The notes under the pieces were generated by a model. The model searched no databases and had not been told where the DNA came from. It saw only the letters and a list, made by a program, of their open reading frames with translations. From the NCBI GenBank assembly GCA_004294135.1, contig RDZY01000016.1, positions 18,036 through 82,035 on the forward strand: DNA of 64,000 bases, written 5' to 3'. A program made the position numbers and the translations under genes. Positions 1 to 10,825 of the stretch are shown here, piece by piece. Positions within the stretch are counted from its first letter, which is position 1. Every line of letters starts with the position of its first letter. This DNA is from Sphingobacteriia bacterium (GTDB lineage: Bacteria > Bacteroidota > Bacteroidia > Chitinophagales > Chitinophagaceae).

Positions 1-1071
1 ACTATTTTTCTGTTTGTCAATATTTTTATTGGCCTACTATTTTTAATAGCCTGCCTATCTCCCTATATAAATCCCAACGATATTTGGCTGCACGGATTCA
101 TGTCGCTCATGACTCCCTATTTAATTGTTTTATTAATTTTATTCATCCTACTTTGGTTAATCAGTAATCCAGTTTGGGCATTACTTCCTTTTCTTTGTTT
201 GGTAGTTGGTTTTAAGCAGGTTGCGGTTGTATTTGCGTGGCATGGTAATTCGGGTTACAGCAAAAGAAAATTAGAAAATAATATTCGTATTGTTGACTGG
301 AATGTACAGGGTTTTAATGGATTAACAAAAGACGTAAATGCAAAAAAATTAGTACGCAACGAAGTAGCATCTTCTATTTTAAAAACCCATCCAGATATTA
401 TTTGTCTCCAAGAATTTAATAGTGCTGCATCAGAAAATAATATTGCATTGTTTACGGCTACGCATCCTTTTTATTATTTTTCGGCAGACCATAAAGGAAG
501 GCTGAGTGATTATAAATCGGGATGTATTATTTTTTCTAAATACCCCATCATCAATAGTGGAAAAATAGATTTTCCTTCCGAAGAAAGTTTGATTTACACA
601 GATCTACTTAAAGGGTTAGATACCATTCGCATTTTCACCACCCATTTACAATCGTTTAAATTTAAGCGCGAAGATTACGCAGATATTCAAAAAATTAAAG
701 CATCGGATGAAGCTTCTATTCATGCTTCAATAGGCATTATGAGAAAAATGAAAGCCGCCTACAAAAAAAGAGGTGTACAGACCAATATGGTGGTGAAAGA
801 GCTGGAGAAAAGTCCCTACCCATTTTTAATCTGCGGTGATTTTAATGATGTTCCCAATTCTTATGCCTACTTTAATATACGAGGAGATCGTCAAGACGCT
901 TTCTTAAAAAAGGGTTTTGGTATTGGTAGAAGTTTTATTTCGTTGGCACCTACTTTAAGAATTGACTATATCCTACCCGATAATCACTTTGAAGTGAAAC
1001 AGTTTGACATGATAGATGAGCAGCTCAGCGACCATATCATGCTATTGGCTGATATTCGTTTAAAAAAATAA
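1..1071 (+). CDS. Endonuclease/exonuclease/phosphatase (EEP) family membrane-anchored protein, 5'-partial
   Basis: The frame is open from base 1 (TIFLFVNIFIGLLF...) so the gene starts before the window. EEP motifs WNVQGF, DIICLQE, THLQS, GDFND, RIDYI and SDH are present. Confidence 0.88.
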   Translation, partial: TIFLFVNIFIGLLFLIACLSPYINPNDIWLHGFMSLMTPYLIVLLILFILLWLISNPVWALLPFLCLVVGFKQVAVVFAWHGNSGYSKRKLENNIRIVDWNVQGFNGLTKDVNAKKLVRNEVASSILKTHPDIICLQEFNSAASENNIALFTATHPFYYFSADHKGRLSDYKSGCIIFSKYPIINSGKIDFPSEESLIYTDLLKGLDTIRIFTTHLQSFKFKREDYADIQKIKASDEASIHASIGIMRKMKAAYKKRGVQTNMVVKELEKSPYPFLICGDFNDVPNSYAYFNIRGDRQDAFLKKGFGIGRSFISLAPTLRIDYILPDNHFEVKQFDMIDEQLSDHIMLLADIRLKK

Positions 1072-1073
1072 AA

Positions 1074-1081
1074 TACCTTCG
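1074..1081 (+). promoter_or_regulatory. Bacteroidota -7 promoter element (TACCTTCG) for cysS
   Basis: TAnnTT(T/C)G match ending 5 nt before the cysS ATG at 1087. Confidence 0.6.
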
Positions 1082-1086
1082 CCTTA

Positions 1087-2592
1087 ATGTCGCTGAAAGT
1101 CTATAACTCACTCACCCGTAAAAAAGAAGTTTTTGTGCCGCTTAACCCACCCTATGTGGGAATATATGTATGCGGACCAACCGTAAGTGGTGAGAGCCAC
1201 TTAGGCCATACCCGTCCCTATATTACTTTTGATGTACTGTTTCGCTACTTAACTTACTTAGGTTATAAAGTACGTTATATTCGTAATATTACCGATGCTG
1301 GTCACTTTGAAGAAGAGGGGAGAGAAGCAGAAGATAAAATTAGTACCAAAGCCACGCTGGAAAAGCTAGAACCCATGGAATTGGTGCAGAAATATACCAA
1401 CCTCTTTCATTGGGCAATGAGCCAATTAAACAACCTGCCTCCCAGCATTGAGCCCACCGCAACGGGTCATATTGTAGAGCAGATAGAGATGATTAAAAAA
1501 ATAATAGCCGATGGGTATGCTTATGAATCCAATGGCTCCGTTTATTTTGATGTAGAAAAATACAATACTGATTATTCCGCAAAAAATCAACCCTATGGTA
1601 TTCTCAGTGGAAGGGTATTGGAAGATCAGATTGAAAGTACTAGAGAACTAGACAATCAAGCAGAAAAACGCTATAAAAGCGATTTTGCACTCTGGAAAAA
1701 TGCTCCACCAGAACATATAATGCGCTGGCAAAGTCCCTGGGGCGAAGGATTCCCTGGATGGCATATTGAATGTTCTGCCATGAGTACTAAATACTTAGGA
1801 GAGGAATTTGACATTCATGGGGGAGGTATGGATCTACAGTTTCCGCACCATGAGTGTGAGATTGCGCAAAGCACCGTTTGCAACCATAAAATGCCTGCGC
1901 GTTTTTGGATGCACAATAATATGATTACCATCAACGGAAAAAAGATGGGCAAGAGTTACAACAATGTAATCAAGCTAAGTGAGTTATTCAGCGGCAATCA
2001 TCCTTTGCTTACTCAGGCCTATGCACCATCAACCGTAAGGTTTTTTATTTTACAATCACAGTACAGAAGTCAGCTCGATTTTGGCAATGAAGGATTGCAA
2101 GCCAGTGAAAAAGGGTTGCGCAGAATGATGGAAGCATTTGAGTGGCTGATGGGCGAAAATAATATTGGCAGCATCCAACCTACTGATGATTCACTCAACG
2201 AAAAAGTAGTGAAGTTGGTAGCAGAATTTGATGAATTCATGAATGATGATATGAATACAGCCAAAGTAATTGCCAATATATTTGAATTGGTTCCCATTAT
2301 TAATTCCATTAAAGACAAGCATATAGCAGTAAACGCTCTTAGTACTGATACGGTGGCATTATTAAAAAAGCAATTGCAGCATTTTATTGTAGATATTTTA
2401 GGGTTGCAGACCAGCAAACCTAACCACGACAGTAAACTAGAGGGGGTACTCCAACTACTCATTAATATTCGCAAGGAAGCCAAGAGCAGGAAAGACTTTG
2501 TAACCAGCGATAAAATTAGGAATGAACTGTTAGAACTGGGAGTACAATTGAAAGACGAGAAAGACGGTGAGATGAGTTATACCATTGGTTAA
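1087..2592 (+). CDS. cysS: Cysteine--tRNA ligase
   Basis: YVCGPTV, HLGH (HIGH motif), [27 protein letters not shown] and KMGKS (KMSKS motif). Confidence 0.98.
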   Translation: MSLKVYNSLTRKKEVFVPLNPPYVGIYVCGPTVSGESHLGHTRPYITFDVLFRYLTYLGYKVRYIRNITDAGHFEEEGREAEDKISTKATLEKLEPMELVQKYTNLFHWAMSQLNNLPPSIEPTATGHIVEQIEMIKKIIADGYAYESNGSVYFDVEKYNTDYSAKNQPYGILSGRVLEDQIESTRELDNQAEKRYKSDFALWKNAPPEHIMRWQSPWGEGFPGWHIECSAMSTKYLGEEFDIHGGGMDLQFPHHECEIAQSTVCNHKMPARFWMHNNMITINGKKMGKSYNNVIKLSELFSGNHPLLTQAYAPSTVRFFILQSQYRSQLDFGNEGLQASEKGLRRMMEAFEWLMGENNIGSIQPTDDSLNEKVVKLVAEFDEFMNDDMNTAKVIANIFELVPIINSIKDKHIAVNALSTDTVALLKKQLQHFIVDILGLQTSKPNHDSKLEGVLQLLINIRKEAKSRKDFVTSDKIRNELLELGVQLKDEKDGEMSYTIG

Positions 2593-2612
2593 TAAAGGGT
2601 AGCTTGTACTTA

Positions 2613-3350
2613 TTACGACAGTAATTCCTGTAAAATAGCATAGGTTTTCAGCTTGCCAAAATTAGAAATATGCAGTGATAGATACAGTTGGTATGACTCT
2701 AGTAACTGCCTTCTTATTTGTTGATTAAGTTGAATATTTTCCAGCTCATTGTAAAACGTTAGATTAGAAATATCGGATGTGGTTCTAGCCAATTGTCCCT
2801 CTAAAAAATAAGGATGCAAGGGTTTCTCAGTCACAAATATACCTTCCTGCAAATCTATTATTGGTGTTGAGCTGCTATAATCACCCTGCAATTGAAAGCC
2901 CAGCTCTGCTGCTAAATGTAGGGTAAAATACAGTGGTAAATTTGCGGCTAAGCTTCCATTGGCCTTATCCAATTGTTTCAGCGTATCTTCTATCAAATAA
3001 AATAATTCAGGATTGGCTTCGGGTTGCTTTAAACTATGTTGCAACAATTCCATTACATACATGGCAACGGTATGCTTCACCACATCAAACAAAACAGCTT
3101 GATACATATAGCCCCAGCGGTACTCTTTAATGAATTGCAATTGCTTTAATTCATTGTGGTGTACTTCCAATTCTAAAATAGCAGACGGTTGAAAATAACT
3201 GGCTTTACCAGCAGAAGTCTTGGTGGTTTGTCTTACCCCTTTTACAATGTATTGTTGTATCCCAAATAGTTCGGTATAAATACTGGTAATAATACTGGTA
3301 TCACCATATTTTACAGTACGCAATACAACCCCTCTGGTAGTATGAATCAT
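2613..3350 (-). CDS. recO: DNA repair protein RecO
   Basis: N-terminal TRGVVLRTVKYGDTSII OB-fold start; 245 aa; Bacteroidota RecO pattern. Confidence 0.92.
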   Translation of the reverse strand: MIHTTRGVVLRTVKYGDTSIITSIYTELFGIQQYIVKGVRQTTKTSAGKASYFQPSAILELEVHHNELKQLQFIKEYRWGYMYQAVLFDVVKHTVAMYVMELLQHSLKQPEANPELFYLIEDTLKQLDKANGSLAANLPLYFTLHLAAELGFQLQGDYSSSTPIIDLQEGIFVTEKPLHPYFLEGQLARTTSDISNLTFYNELENIQLNQQIRRQLLESYQLYLSLHISNFGKLKTYAILQELLS

Positions 3351-3379
3351 ATTCTGAGGGTTAAGAAAAGCAATTTGAA

Positions 3380-4162
3380 TTAGGCAATCATTGCTTCGGG
3401 AATATTACTGCCTTTTTCTTTAGGAAGTACCGCAGGAATTAATTGTATAATACCTACTGCGTGTAAACCTCTCATAAAGAAAAAAGTAAGATCAAATTCA
3501 AACCATTTTTTAGCAAAATTAGCATCTTCTTTTGCAAAGTGGTGATTGTTCTGAAACAGTTCGCCCATGAGTAAAATTCCCCATGGTGAGCTATTTTTTG
3601 AGTGATCCCCATTATTGAAATTGCTATACCCATATTTATGCCCGCACCAGTTTACAATGGCTCCTTGAATTGGCCCCATTAAGAAATGTATGGGCAACAA
3701 TAAATACCACCAAGCATTGGGCGCAAAATAATAATAGAAGGTAATATAGCTGGCCATAAAAACAAGACGAGTAATTGGATGGTGTCCGAACTTATCTAGC
3801 TTATCCCATACGGGTAGATAGTCTTTTGTGAATTTAGGATCTGGTAAATTTTTCCCTGTGAGAAAACCCCTAAATATTAAAATGGTACTCTGCATCATCT
3901 GATACACATCTTTAAAAAAATGCGGAGAATGTGGATCTTGCTCCGTATCACTAAATTCATGGTGCATCCGATGCATTACCCCATAAGCCCTGGGTACCAA
4001 ATACGATGATCCTTGCACAAACCAAGTACTGAGATAAAAAAATCTCTCCCAGTTTTTACTGGTTGTATACATTTTATGTGAAGCAAAACGATGCAGAAAA
4101 AATGAATGAAAAAACAAGGATCCGAACCAGTGAAGTGCAAAGAATAGTAAAACAGCAACCAT
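3380..4162 (-). CDS. Acyl-CoA / fatty acid (delta-9-type) desaturase
   Basis: Three His boxes (HRFASH, HRMHH, QNNHH) and hydrophobic segments. Confidence 0.9.
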   Translation of the reverse strand: MVAVLLFFALHWFGSLFFHSFFLHRFASHKMYTTSKNWERFFYLSTWFVQGSSYLVPRAYGVMHRMHHEFSDTEQDPHSPHFFKDVYQMMQSTILIFRGFLTGKNLPDPKFTKDYLPVWDKLDKFGHHPITRLVFMASYITFYYYFAPNAWWYLLLPIHFLMGPIQGAIVNWCGHKYGYSNFNNGDHSKNSSPWGILLMGELFQNNHHFAKEDANFAKKWFEFDLTFFFMRGLHAVGIIQLIPAVLPKEKGSNIPEAMIA

Positions 4163-4249
4163 TGACTAATAATTTAAGTTTCGTAAGATAAGAGATTATA
4201 CAATACACTCAACAATTTTTAGCCGTCTTTAAATAAACTGCTAGATCTG

Positions 4250-5305
4250 TTAAACAACACCCGTAAACTGCTTAAGAAAGCGAATATCATTTTGTGAATA
4301 AAGTCGCAAGTCGTTTACTTGGTACTTTAACTGCGTAATTCTTTCTACTCCCATACCAAAGGCAAAGCCAGTGTATTTATTGGCATCAATACCAAAGTTC
4401 TCCAACACTTTTGGATGCACCATTCCACTTCCCAATATCTCTACCCATCCAGTATGTTTACAAATATTACATCCCTTTCCTGCACAGATTAAACAACTGA
4501 TATCCATTTCTGCGCTGGGTTCTGTAAAGGGAAAATAACTGGGCCTAAACCTCACTTTTACGTCTTTCCCAAACATCTCCTGCACAAAAAAGTAGAGGGT
4601 TTGTTTCAGATCTGCAAAGCTCACATTTTCATCAATATACAATCCCTCTACCTGATGAAAAAAGCAATGTGCGCGCGCACTGATGGTCTCGTTTCTGTAT
4701 ACTTTGCCCGGACAAATTACCCGAATCGGTGGTTTCTGCGTCTCCATTACCCTTGCCTGAACACTGCTGGTATGTGTGCGCAACAGCCAGGTTGGTCCAT
4801 TGCCATCAGTTGGTTTTTTAATATAAAAAGTATCTTGCATATCTCTTGCAGGATGGTCTTCTGGAAGATTCATAGCCCCAAAATTATGCCAGTCGTCTTC
4901 TATTTCTGGCCCCTCTGCTACCGCAAAACCAAGTCGTTTAAAAATAGATACCATTTCATTTTTTACCAAGTTCAGCGGATGTCTGCTACCTACGGAAACC
5001 GAATCACCGGGGAGGGATAAATCATCTTGACTATCAGATCCTGGAAGCTTCAATTTTGTAGTAGTATTATCAACCTGTAAAGCTGCTAACTTGGCTTCTG
5101 CAAAGAGTTTGAATTCATTCAGCAGCAGTCCAAAAGCCTTTTTCTGTTCATTGGGAACCTGCTTTATTTCGCCCATCACTTGCTTTACCAAACCCTTAGT
5201 ACCCAGCCACTTAATACGAAAAATTTCTACATCTTCGGCATTTAAAGCGTTGAAAGCAGCCATTTCAGCCTTATATACTTCTATTTGTTGCAATAAAGAT
5301 TCCAT
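4250..5305 (-). CDS. pheS: Phenylalanine--tRNA ligase alpha subunit
   Basis: HPARDMQDTFY, LLRTHTS, FRPSYFPFTEPSAE and GFAFGMGVER. Confidence 0.98.
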   Translation of the reverse strand: MESLLQQIEVYKAEMAAFNALNAEDVEIFRIKWLGTKGLVKQVMGEIKQVPNEQKKAFGLLLNEFKLFAEAKLAALQVDNTTTKLKLPGSDSQDDLSLPGDSVSVGSRHPLNLVKNEMVSIFKRLGFAVAEGPEIEDDWHNFGAMNLPEDHPARDMQDTFYIKKPTDGNGPTWLLRTHTSSVQARVMETQKPPIRVICPGKVYRNETISARAHCFFHQVEGLYIDENVSFADLKQTLYFFVQEMFGKDVKVRFRPSYFPFTEPSAEMDISCLICAGKGCNICKHTGWVEILGSGMVHPKVLENFGIDANKYTGFAFGMGVERITQLKYQVNDLRLYSQNDIRFLKQFTGVV

Positions 5306-5309
5306 GCAG

Positions 5310-5317
5310 CGAAGATA
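5310..5317 (-). promoter_or_regulatory. -7 promoter element (TATCTTCG) for pheS
   Basis: Minus strand reads TATCTTCG-ctgc-ATG (4-nt spacer). Confidence 0.62.
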
Positions 5318-5368
5318 AAAAGTAAGATTGAAAACATATTTAAAATCTACTACAAGGCGCAGTTTACC

Positions 5369-5376
5369 TATATTTG
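5369..5376 (+). promoter_or_regulatory. -7 promoter element (TATATTTG) for the DUF4290-murA operon
   Basis: Exact TAnnTTTG 22 nt upstream of the ATG at 5399; divergent from pheS. Confidence 0.6.
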
Positions 5377-5398
5377 TTGTTGCAATAAGCTATTTTAC

Positions 5399-6178
5399 AT
5401 GGAATACAATACCTCCAGAAACTATCTGGGAATGAAGGAATACGGCCGGCACGTGCAAAAAATGGTAACATATCTCCTTACCATTGAAGACCGAGACAAA
5501 CGTCAACAACAGACATTATCGGTAATAGAATTGATGGGCTTCTTGAATCCGCATTTGAAAAATGTGGAAGATTTCCGCCATAAACTATGGGATCATCTTT
5601 TCTTCATCAGTGATTTCACATTAGATGTAGATAGTCCCTATCCCATTCCTCAAAAAGATACTTATAGGCAAAAACCCGATCCACTTCCTTATCCCAAGCG
5701 TCATCCTAAATATGCGCATCTTGGTAAGAACCTAGAGGTGGTTATTGACAAGGCGTTGAAGGAAGAAGATCCTGAGAAAAAAGTAGGTTTTGCCAACGCA
5801 ATTGCCTATTATATGAAGCTTTCTTATAGCAACTGGCATAAAGAACTGGTTCACGACGAAGCCATTCGTTCTGAATTAAATAATATTACTGGTGGTGAGC
5901 TAGAATTTAGTAATACCCCATTCATCAAACATCGCAATCAGAATTTTGAGCGCGATGAATACCCTGCTCGCAGCGGTGGAAGGTGGCAACAAAATTTTGG
6001 CGGTCGCAATAATCGTAATTCGGGTGGCTCGCAGCAGCGCAACGATCGCAATGCTGGTGGCAGAAACAATAATAACAATAGAAACACCCAAGGGGGACAG
6101 CGCAATGACACCCGCAATAGCAGTGCACTTCGCAACGACCGCAATACTGGTGGAAATGGTTTTAAGAAGCGTTATTAA
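5399..6178 (+). CDS. DUF4290 family protein with N/R/G-rich low-complexity tail
   Basis: MEYNT...EYGRHVQKMV, HKLWDHLF, YGKN-like and WNK-like motifs; typical position upstream of murA in Bacteroidota. Confidence 0.85.
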   Translation: MEYNTSRNYLGMKEYGRHVQKMVTYLLTIEDRDKRQQQTLSVIELMGFLNPHLKNVEDFRHKLWDHLFFISDFTLDVDSPYPIPQKDTYRQKPDPLPYPKRHPKYAHLGKNLEVVIDKALKEEDPEKKVGFANAIAYYMKLSYSNWHKELVHDEAIRSELNNITGGELEFSNTPFIKHRNQNFERDEYPARSGGRWQQNFGGRNNRNSGGSQQRNDRNAGGRNNNNNRNTQGGQRNDTRNSSALRNDRNTGGNGFKKRY

Positions 6179-6196
6179 AATTAGCCCCAATCATAA

Positions 6197-7504
6197 ATGA
6201 GTAGTTTTGAAGTAAGAGGCGGCAATAGACTAAGCGGTGAAATTATTCCGCAGGGTGCCAAGAATGAGGCATTACAGATTTTATCTGCTGTTGTACTCAC
6301 CAGCGAGCCTATTACCATCTCTAATATTCCCGATATAGTTGACGTTAATTTATTGGTTGAATTGATAGCTGAAATGGGTGTTAAAGTAACACGCATCAAT
6401 AGCAATACTTATTGTTTTCAAGCCGATCAAATTGATGCTGCTTATTTGGCTTCTGAAACTTTTAGAAAAAAAAGTGGCCGATTACGAGGCAGTGTAATGT
6501 TGGCGGGACCTATGTTGGCTCGTTTTAATAAAGCTTATATTCCCAAACCCGGTGGCGACAAAATTGGTAGAAGAAGATTGGATACCCATATTATTGGGTT
6601 TCAAAAATTAGGCGCAGATTATGCTTACGATGACGCGTTGGCTTGCTTTACCCTTACAACAGGGGGATTAAAAGGCAGTTATATGTTACTCGATGAGCCC
6701 TCCGTTACTGGCACCGCTAATATTGTAATGGCGGCTGTTTTAGCAGAAGGTATTACCACTATTTACAACGCAGCTTGTGAACCATACCTGCAACAGTTAT
6801 GTGGTATGCTGAACAGAATGGGCGCAAAAATAAGCGGTATTGGCAGCAATCTATTAACCATAGAGGGTGTAATAAAACTGGTTGGTACAGACCATCGTTT
6901 GCTGCCCGACATGATTGAGATTGGTAGTTTTATTGGGCTGGCGGCAATGACCAAAAGTGAGCTTACCATTAAAGATGCGGGTGTGCAACATTTAGGTATA
7001 ATTCCTGAAAAATTTCAGCAGCTTGGCATAGCATTTCAAATTAAGGGTGATGATATTTATATTCCCGCACAAGAATCGTACACCATTCAAACATTTATGG
7101 ATGGTGGCATATTAACCATATCCGATCATCCCTGGCCGGGCTTCACACCCGATTTACTCAGTATTGTATTGGTAGTTGCTACGCAAGCCATTGGCAGTGT
7201 ACTCATTCACCAAAAAATGTTTGAGAGTCGATTATTTTTTACGGACAAACTCATAGATATGGGTGCCCAAATTATTCTCTGTGATCCACATAGAGCAACG
7301 GTTATAGGGTTGGGCAGAAAAAATAATTTAAGGGGAATTACCATGAGTAGTCCCGATATTCGTGCGGGACAAGCTTTGTTAATTGCGGCACTTAGTGCAG
7401 AAGGCAAGAGCACCATTCAAAATATTGAACAGATAGATCGTGGCTATCAGTTTATAGATGAACGATTGAGAAATTTGGGAGCTGATATAAAAAGAGTTGG
7501 ATAA
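6197..7504 (+). CDS. murA: UDP-N-acetylglucosamine 1-carboxyvinyltransferase
   Basis: GAKNEAL, LRGSV, PGGDKIGRR, SVTGTANI, PWPGFTPD, HQKMFESR and DIRAG. Confidence 0.97.
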   Translation: MSSFEVRGGNRLSGEIIPQGAKNEALQILSAVVLTSEPITISNIPDIVDVNLLVELIAEMGVKVTRINSNTYCFQADQIDAAYLASETFRKKSGRLRGSVMLAGPMLARFNKAYIPKPGGDKIGRRRLDTHIIGFQKLGADYAYDDALACFTLTTGGLKGSYMLLDEPSVTGTANIVMAAVLAEGITTIYNAACEPYLQQLCGMLNRMGAKISGIGSNLLTIEGVIKLVGTDHRLLPDMIEIGSFIGLAAMTKSELTIKDAGVQHLGIIPEKFQQLGIAFQIKGDDIYIPAQESYTIQTFMDGGILTISDHPWPGFTPDLLSIVLVVATQAIGSVLIHQKMFESRLFFTDKLIDMGAQIILCDPHRATVIGLGRKNNLRGITMSSPDIRAGQALLIAALSAEGKSTIQNIEQIDRGYQFIDERLRNLGADIKRVG

Positions 7505-7582
7505 AAACTAGTTTATCATCCTTTTTCAAATTTCAGGTTTCAATTAAACTTGATTGTTTGAATTGCTAGCTTTCTGTTTAAT

Positions 7583-7612
7583 AAGCGGCTGCCCCTACTG
7601 TGACAGCCGCTT
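7583..7612. terminator. Hairpin between convergent murA and S41 peptidase
   Basis: AAGCGGCTG ... CAGCCGCTT inverted repeat; T-run on the minus side. Confidence 0.65.
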
Positions 7613-7624
7613 TAGATGACATGA

Positions 7625-10600
7625 TTATTTAATTATTTTCATCAATTCTTTTACAGCCGCTTCCAACTGCTGATCCATCCCTTTCTTTACCATTTCATAC
7701 TCATTCATCACTTTAATATCAGGTTCAGTCTGGCTGTTTTCTAAATATTTTCCATTGGCTCCTTTTACGCCAACTGAAGGAGCACCCCAGCTAATACCCG
7801 TATCCATGAGTCCCTCCCAACCAGCAAAAGTACAAGTGCCTGGCACTGGCATACCGACCAATTTATTTACTTTTAATTCTTGAACCATATAAGCATAACA
7901 ATGCCCATCACTGTAATTGGCTTCGTTTGCCAATGAAATACTGGGTTTAGTCCACCTAAAATTGGGTTCATAGCCATTGCTTCTCACATCATTGGTATAG
8001 TCCATGAATTGCTTACCACTTAGAAATACCGCCAGATCTGCTACCAAATCTCCACCTCCATTATTACGCGTATCTACTACTACCCCTTTTTTCTGAAAAT
8101 ATTTACCCATTACCTCTTCATAAGTAGTTCTAAAAGCACCATCATTCATGCCGGGAATATGAATATAGCCTAAAGTTCCTTCACTCAATCGCTCTACTTC
8201 ATCTGCATTGCGTTTAACCCAACGTTTATACAACAGTTGATTTTGTTCGCCTGTACTTATTGGCTTTACCGTTATTTCTCGCTTGGTTATTCCGTCTACC
8301 AACGATAATAATACCGTTTTTCCTGCCTTTCTATTGAGGTATTGCGCAAGGTCTTTATCAGCAGTCAACTCTTCTCCATCAATGGCTTCAATGATGGTGC
8401 CGGGTTTAATATTGAGCCCCGATTTTGCCAATGGCCCGTCTACAATCACTTCTTCTATGGCTACTCCTTTACCAATATGGGCAGGGTTATAAAAAGCACC
8501 TAGTGAAGCTGTAGCATCCCCCAATGCGCTAAAGTTTCCGTAGGAACTTCCGCTGTGACTTACATTTAATTCTCCCAATAACTCACTCAACATTTCGCTG
8601 AATTCATAGTTATTGCCGATAGAAGAAATATAGGCATCATAATCTGCTTTATAGCTATCCCAATCAATTCCATGAAATGTTTTAGTATAAAAAGTCTTCT
8701 TGGTTCTTCGCCAAACATGGTTAAACATGGCTTGCCGCTCTTCGGTAGTATTTACCAGCATTTCTCCGCTAATACCCACTCTATCTTGTTTGCTGGTGGT
8801 TGGGTCTAACTTGATAATTCCACCATCACTACTGATGAAAATATTTTTCTGTTCTTTATCCCATACCATACTTGCTCCACCTGCATTTAAAGGAACCAGC
8901 ATTTTGGTTTCTTTGGTACGCAAGTTGGTAGTCCACAAATTCATTCCTTTTTCAAAGCGAGCCAGGTAATAAAGGGTCTCACCATCTTTACTTAACAAGG
9001 CATCCCCCATGCTAGACGAGTGAATGGTTAGCTTGGCTTTCCTTTGTGCAAGCCCTTCCCATTCAATGATTACACTGTCTTTTACCACTGTTTTTTTCTT
9101 AGTGGTATCAGCTTTGGTTTTAATTTCTTCTATTTCTTTTACCAAAGCAATTTCATCTTTAGAAAGGCGAAAACGGTCGAATGACTCCTGTGTAAAAAAC
9201 AGCATATAAGCATCACTTTGAGCACCTCCACTCATAGCAGCAGCGCGTAATCCATCTCTATTACTTTGCCACAGCATGGCTTTACCACCCATTACCCATT
9301 TGGGGCGATAATCGTTGAATCCACTCTCTGTAATATTCATTATTTTTTTACCATCAGCGCTGGCCAATCCAACTTCACCAACAGCACTACCCGTAACTGC
9401 ATAATCAAAAAGCAACCATTTACTATCGGGACTCCATTGAAAATATTGATCGTTTTCCATCCAAGCAAAAATCTGTTCGTTGCCGAGTATGGTGCGCGAC
9501 TGCTTACTGGCTAAATTATAGATTCGAACCTGATTGCGATTTTCTACATAAGCAATTTCTTTGCCATCGGGAGAATACAGTGGTTGTGTATTATCATTGT
9601 TATTATCCAGCACAGGTGTTTCTTTAATTAAAGTGGCTGCATAAAAATAAGGCTCATCGGCACGTAGAATTTTAGATTCAAAAATGCCCCATTTATGATT
9701 GCGTTCTGCGGTATAGATAATTGATTTACCATCAGGAGAAAACTGAATACCCGTTTCTTGAGAAGCGGTGTTGGTAATGCGTTTGGTAGTACCGCTCTCT
9801 ACACTGGTTACAAACACTTCACCCCTGAAAACAAAAGCAACTTCTTTGGCATTGGGAGCTACGGAAATACCACTACCTGTGGTAACACGAATAAGCTGCT
9901 CATCGTTTTTACGGGCATCGGAAACAATGGTAACAGGTATTTTCTTAGCACTGCTACCAGGCTTCATGGTATAGAGTTCACCATCATAACCAAAGCAAAG
10001 TAGGCCATCATTGGCAGCACTTAAAAAACGAACGGGATGTTTTTTATAATTGGTAAGTTGTTCGCTTCTGCCGCCAGCTAAATTCATTTTATGAATGTTA
10101 AAACTGCCGCTCTCTTCACTCAGATAGAAGATGGCTTTTTCACCTTCGGTAAAAAGAGGCGTTCTATCTTCTCCATTAAATGAAGTGATTTTTGTGTGTT
10201 TTGCCGTCTTCATATCATAGAGCCATATATCTCGGGTGATGGAAGAAATATGGTGCTTGCGCCAAGCATTTTCACCACCTTTTTTATCGTGGTAAATTAG
10301 TTTAGTACCGTCTCTACTGTATTTTACGTCTTCGGCAGGAGTAGTTAAAATTTGAGTGGGTGTACCTCCACTGGTGCTAACACTGTATAATTCAGGCATG
10401 GCGCCAGTAGGGAATTGGCGGTTAGCAGCAAGGTCTAATCTGGCTGAACTAAATAAGATGGTTTTATCGTTTTGCGAAAAATCGTAAGGATATTCAGCAG
10501 CAGAATGATAGGTAATTCTTTTTGCTTCACCACCGTTGATGGGTATGGTAAAAATATCGAAGTTACCGAAGCGGTCACTGGCAAAGGCAATGGTTTTACC

Positions 10601-10825
10601 GTCTTTGCTAAAAACAGGCATAAAGTCGTGCGCTTCGTGCATGGTAAGCTGAACAGCTAGTCCACCAGCAGCAGCAATTTTGTACAAATCGCCTTTATAG
10701 GTAAACACAATGGTTTTACCATCGGGAGAGATGGATGCATAACGAATCCATTTGGGGTCTGATTGGGCAGTAAGTTGCAAGCAGAAAAAAGAAAGGAGGG
10801 TAACAAAAGCGCATATTTTCTTCAT
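7625..10825 (-). CDS. Tricorn-like S41 family peptidase (beta-propellers, PDZ, S41 domain)
   Basis: Signal peptide, repeated PD40-like SPDG motifs, GELNVSH, GYIHI, DTRNNGGG and NYSDG catalytic region. Confidence 0.92.
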   Translation of the reverse strand: MKKICAFVTLLSFFCLQLTAQSDPKWIRYASISPDGKTIVFTYKGDLYKIAAAGGLAVQLTMHEAHDFMPVFSKDGKTIAFASDRFGNFDIFTIPINGGEAKRITYHSAAEYPYDFSQNDKTILFSSARLDLAANRQFPTGAMPELYSVSTSGGTPTQILTTPAEDVKYSRDGTKLIYHDKKGGENAWRKHHISSITRDIWLYDMKTAKHTKITSFNGEDRTPLFTEGEKAIFYLSEESGSFNIHKMNLAGGRSEQLTNYKKHPVRFLSAANDGLLCFGYDGELYTMKPGSSAKKIPVTIVSDARKNDEQLIRVTTGSGISVAPNAKEVAFVFRGEVFVTSVESGTTKRITNTASQETGIQFSPDGKSIIYTAERNHKWGIFESKILRADEPYFYAATLIKETPVLDNNNDNTQPLYSPDGKEIAYVENRNQVRIYNLASKQSRTILGNEQIFAWMENDQYFQWSPDSKWLLFDYAVTGSAVGEVGLASADGKKIMNITESGFNDYRPKWVMGGKAMLWQSNRDGLRAAAMSGGAQSDAYMLFFTQESFDRFRLSKDEIALVKEIEEIKTKADTTKKKTVVKDSVIIEWEGLAQRKAKLTIHSSSMGDALLSKDGETLYYLARFEKGMNLWTTNLRTKETKMLVPLNAGGASMVWDKEQKNIFISSDGGIIKLDPTTSKQDRVGISGEMLVNTTEERQAMFNHVWRRTKKTFYTKTFHGIDWDSYKADYDAYISSIGNNYEFSEMLSELLGELNVSHSGSSYGNFSALGDATASLGAFYNPAHIGKGVAIEEVIVDGPLAKSGLNIKPGTIIEAIDGEELTADKDLAQYLNRKAGKTVLLSLVDGITKREITVKPISTGEQNQLLYKRWVKRNADEVERLSEGTLGYIHIPGMNDGAFRTTYEEVMGKYFQKKGVVVDTRNNGGGDLVADLAVFLSGKQFMDYTNDVRSNGYEPNFRWTKPSISLANEANYSDGHCYAYMVQELKVNKLVGMPVPGTCTFAGWEGLMDTGISWGAPSVGVKGANGKYLENSQTEPDIKVMNEYEMVKKGMDQQLEAAVKELMKIIK

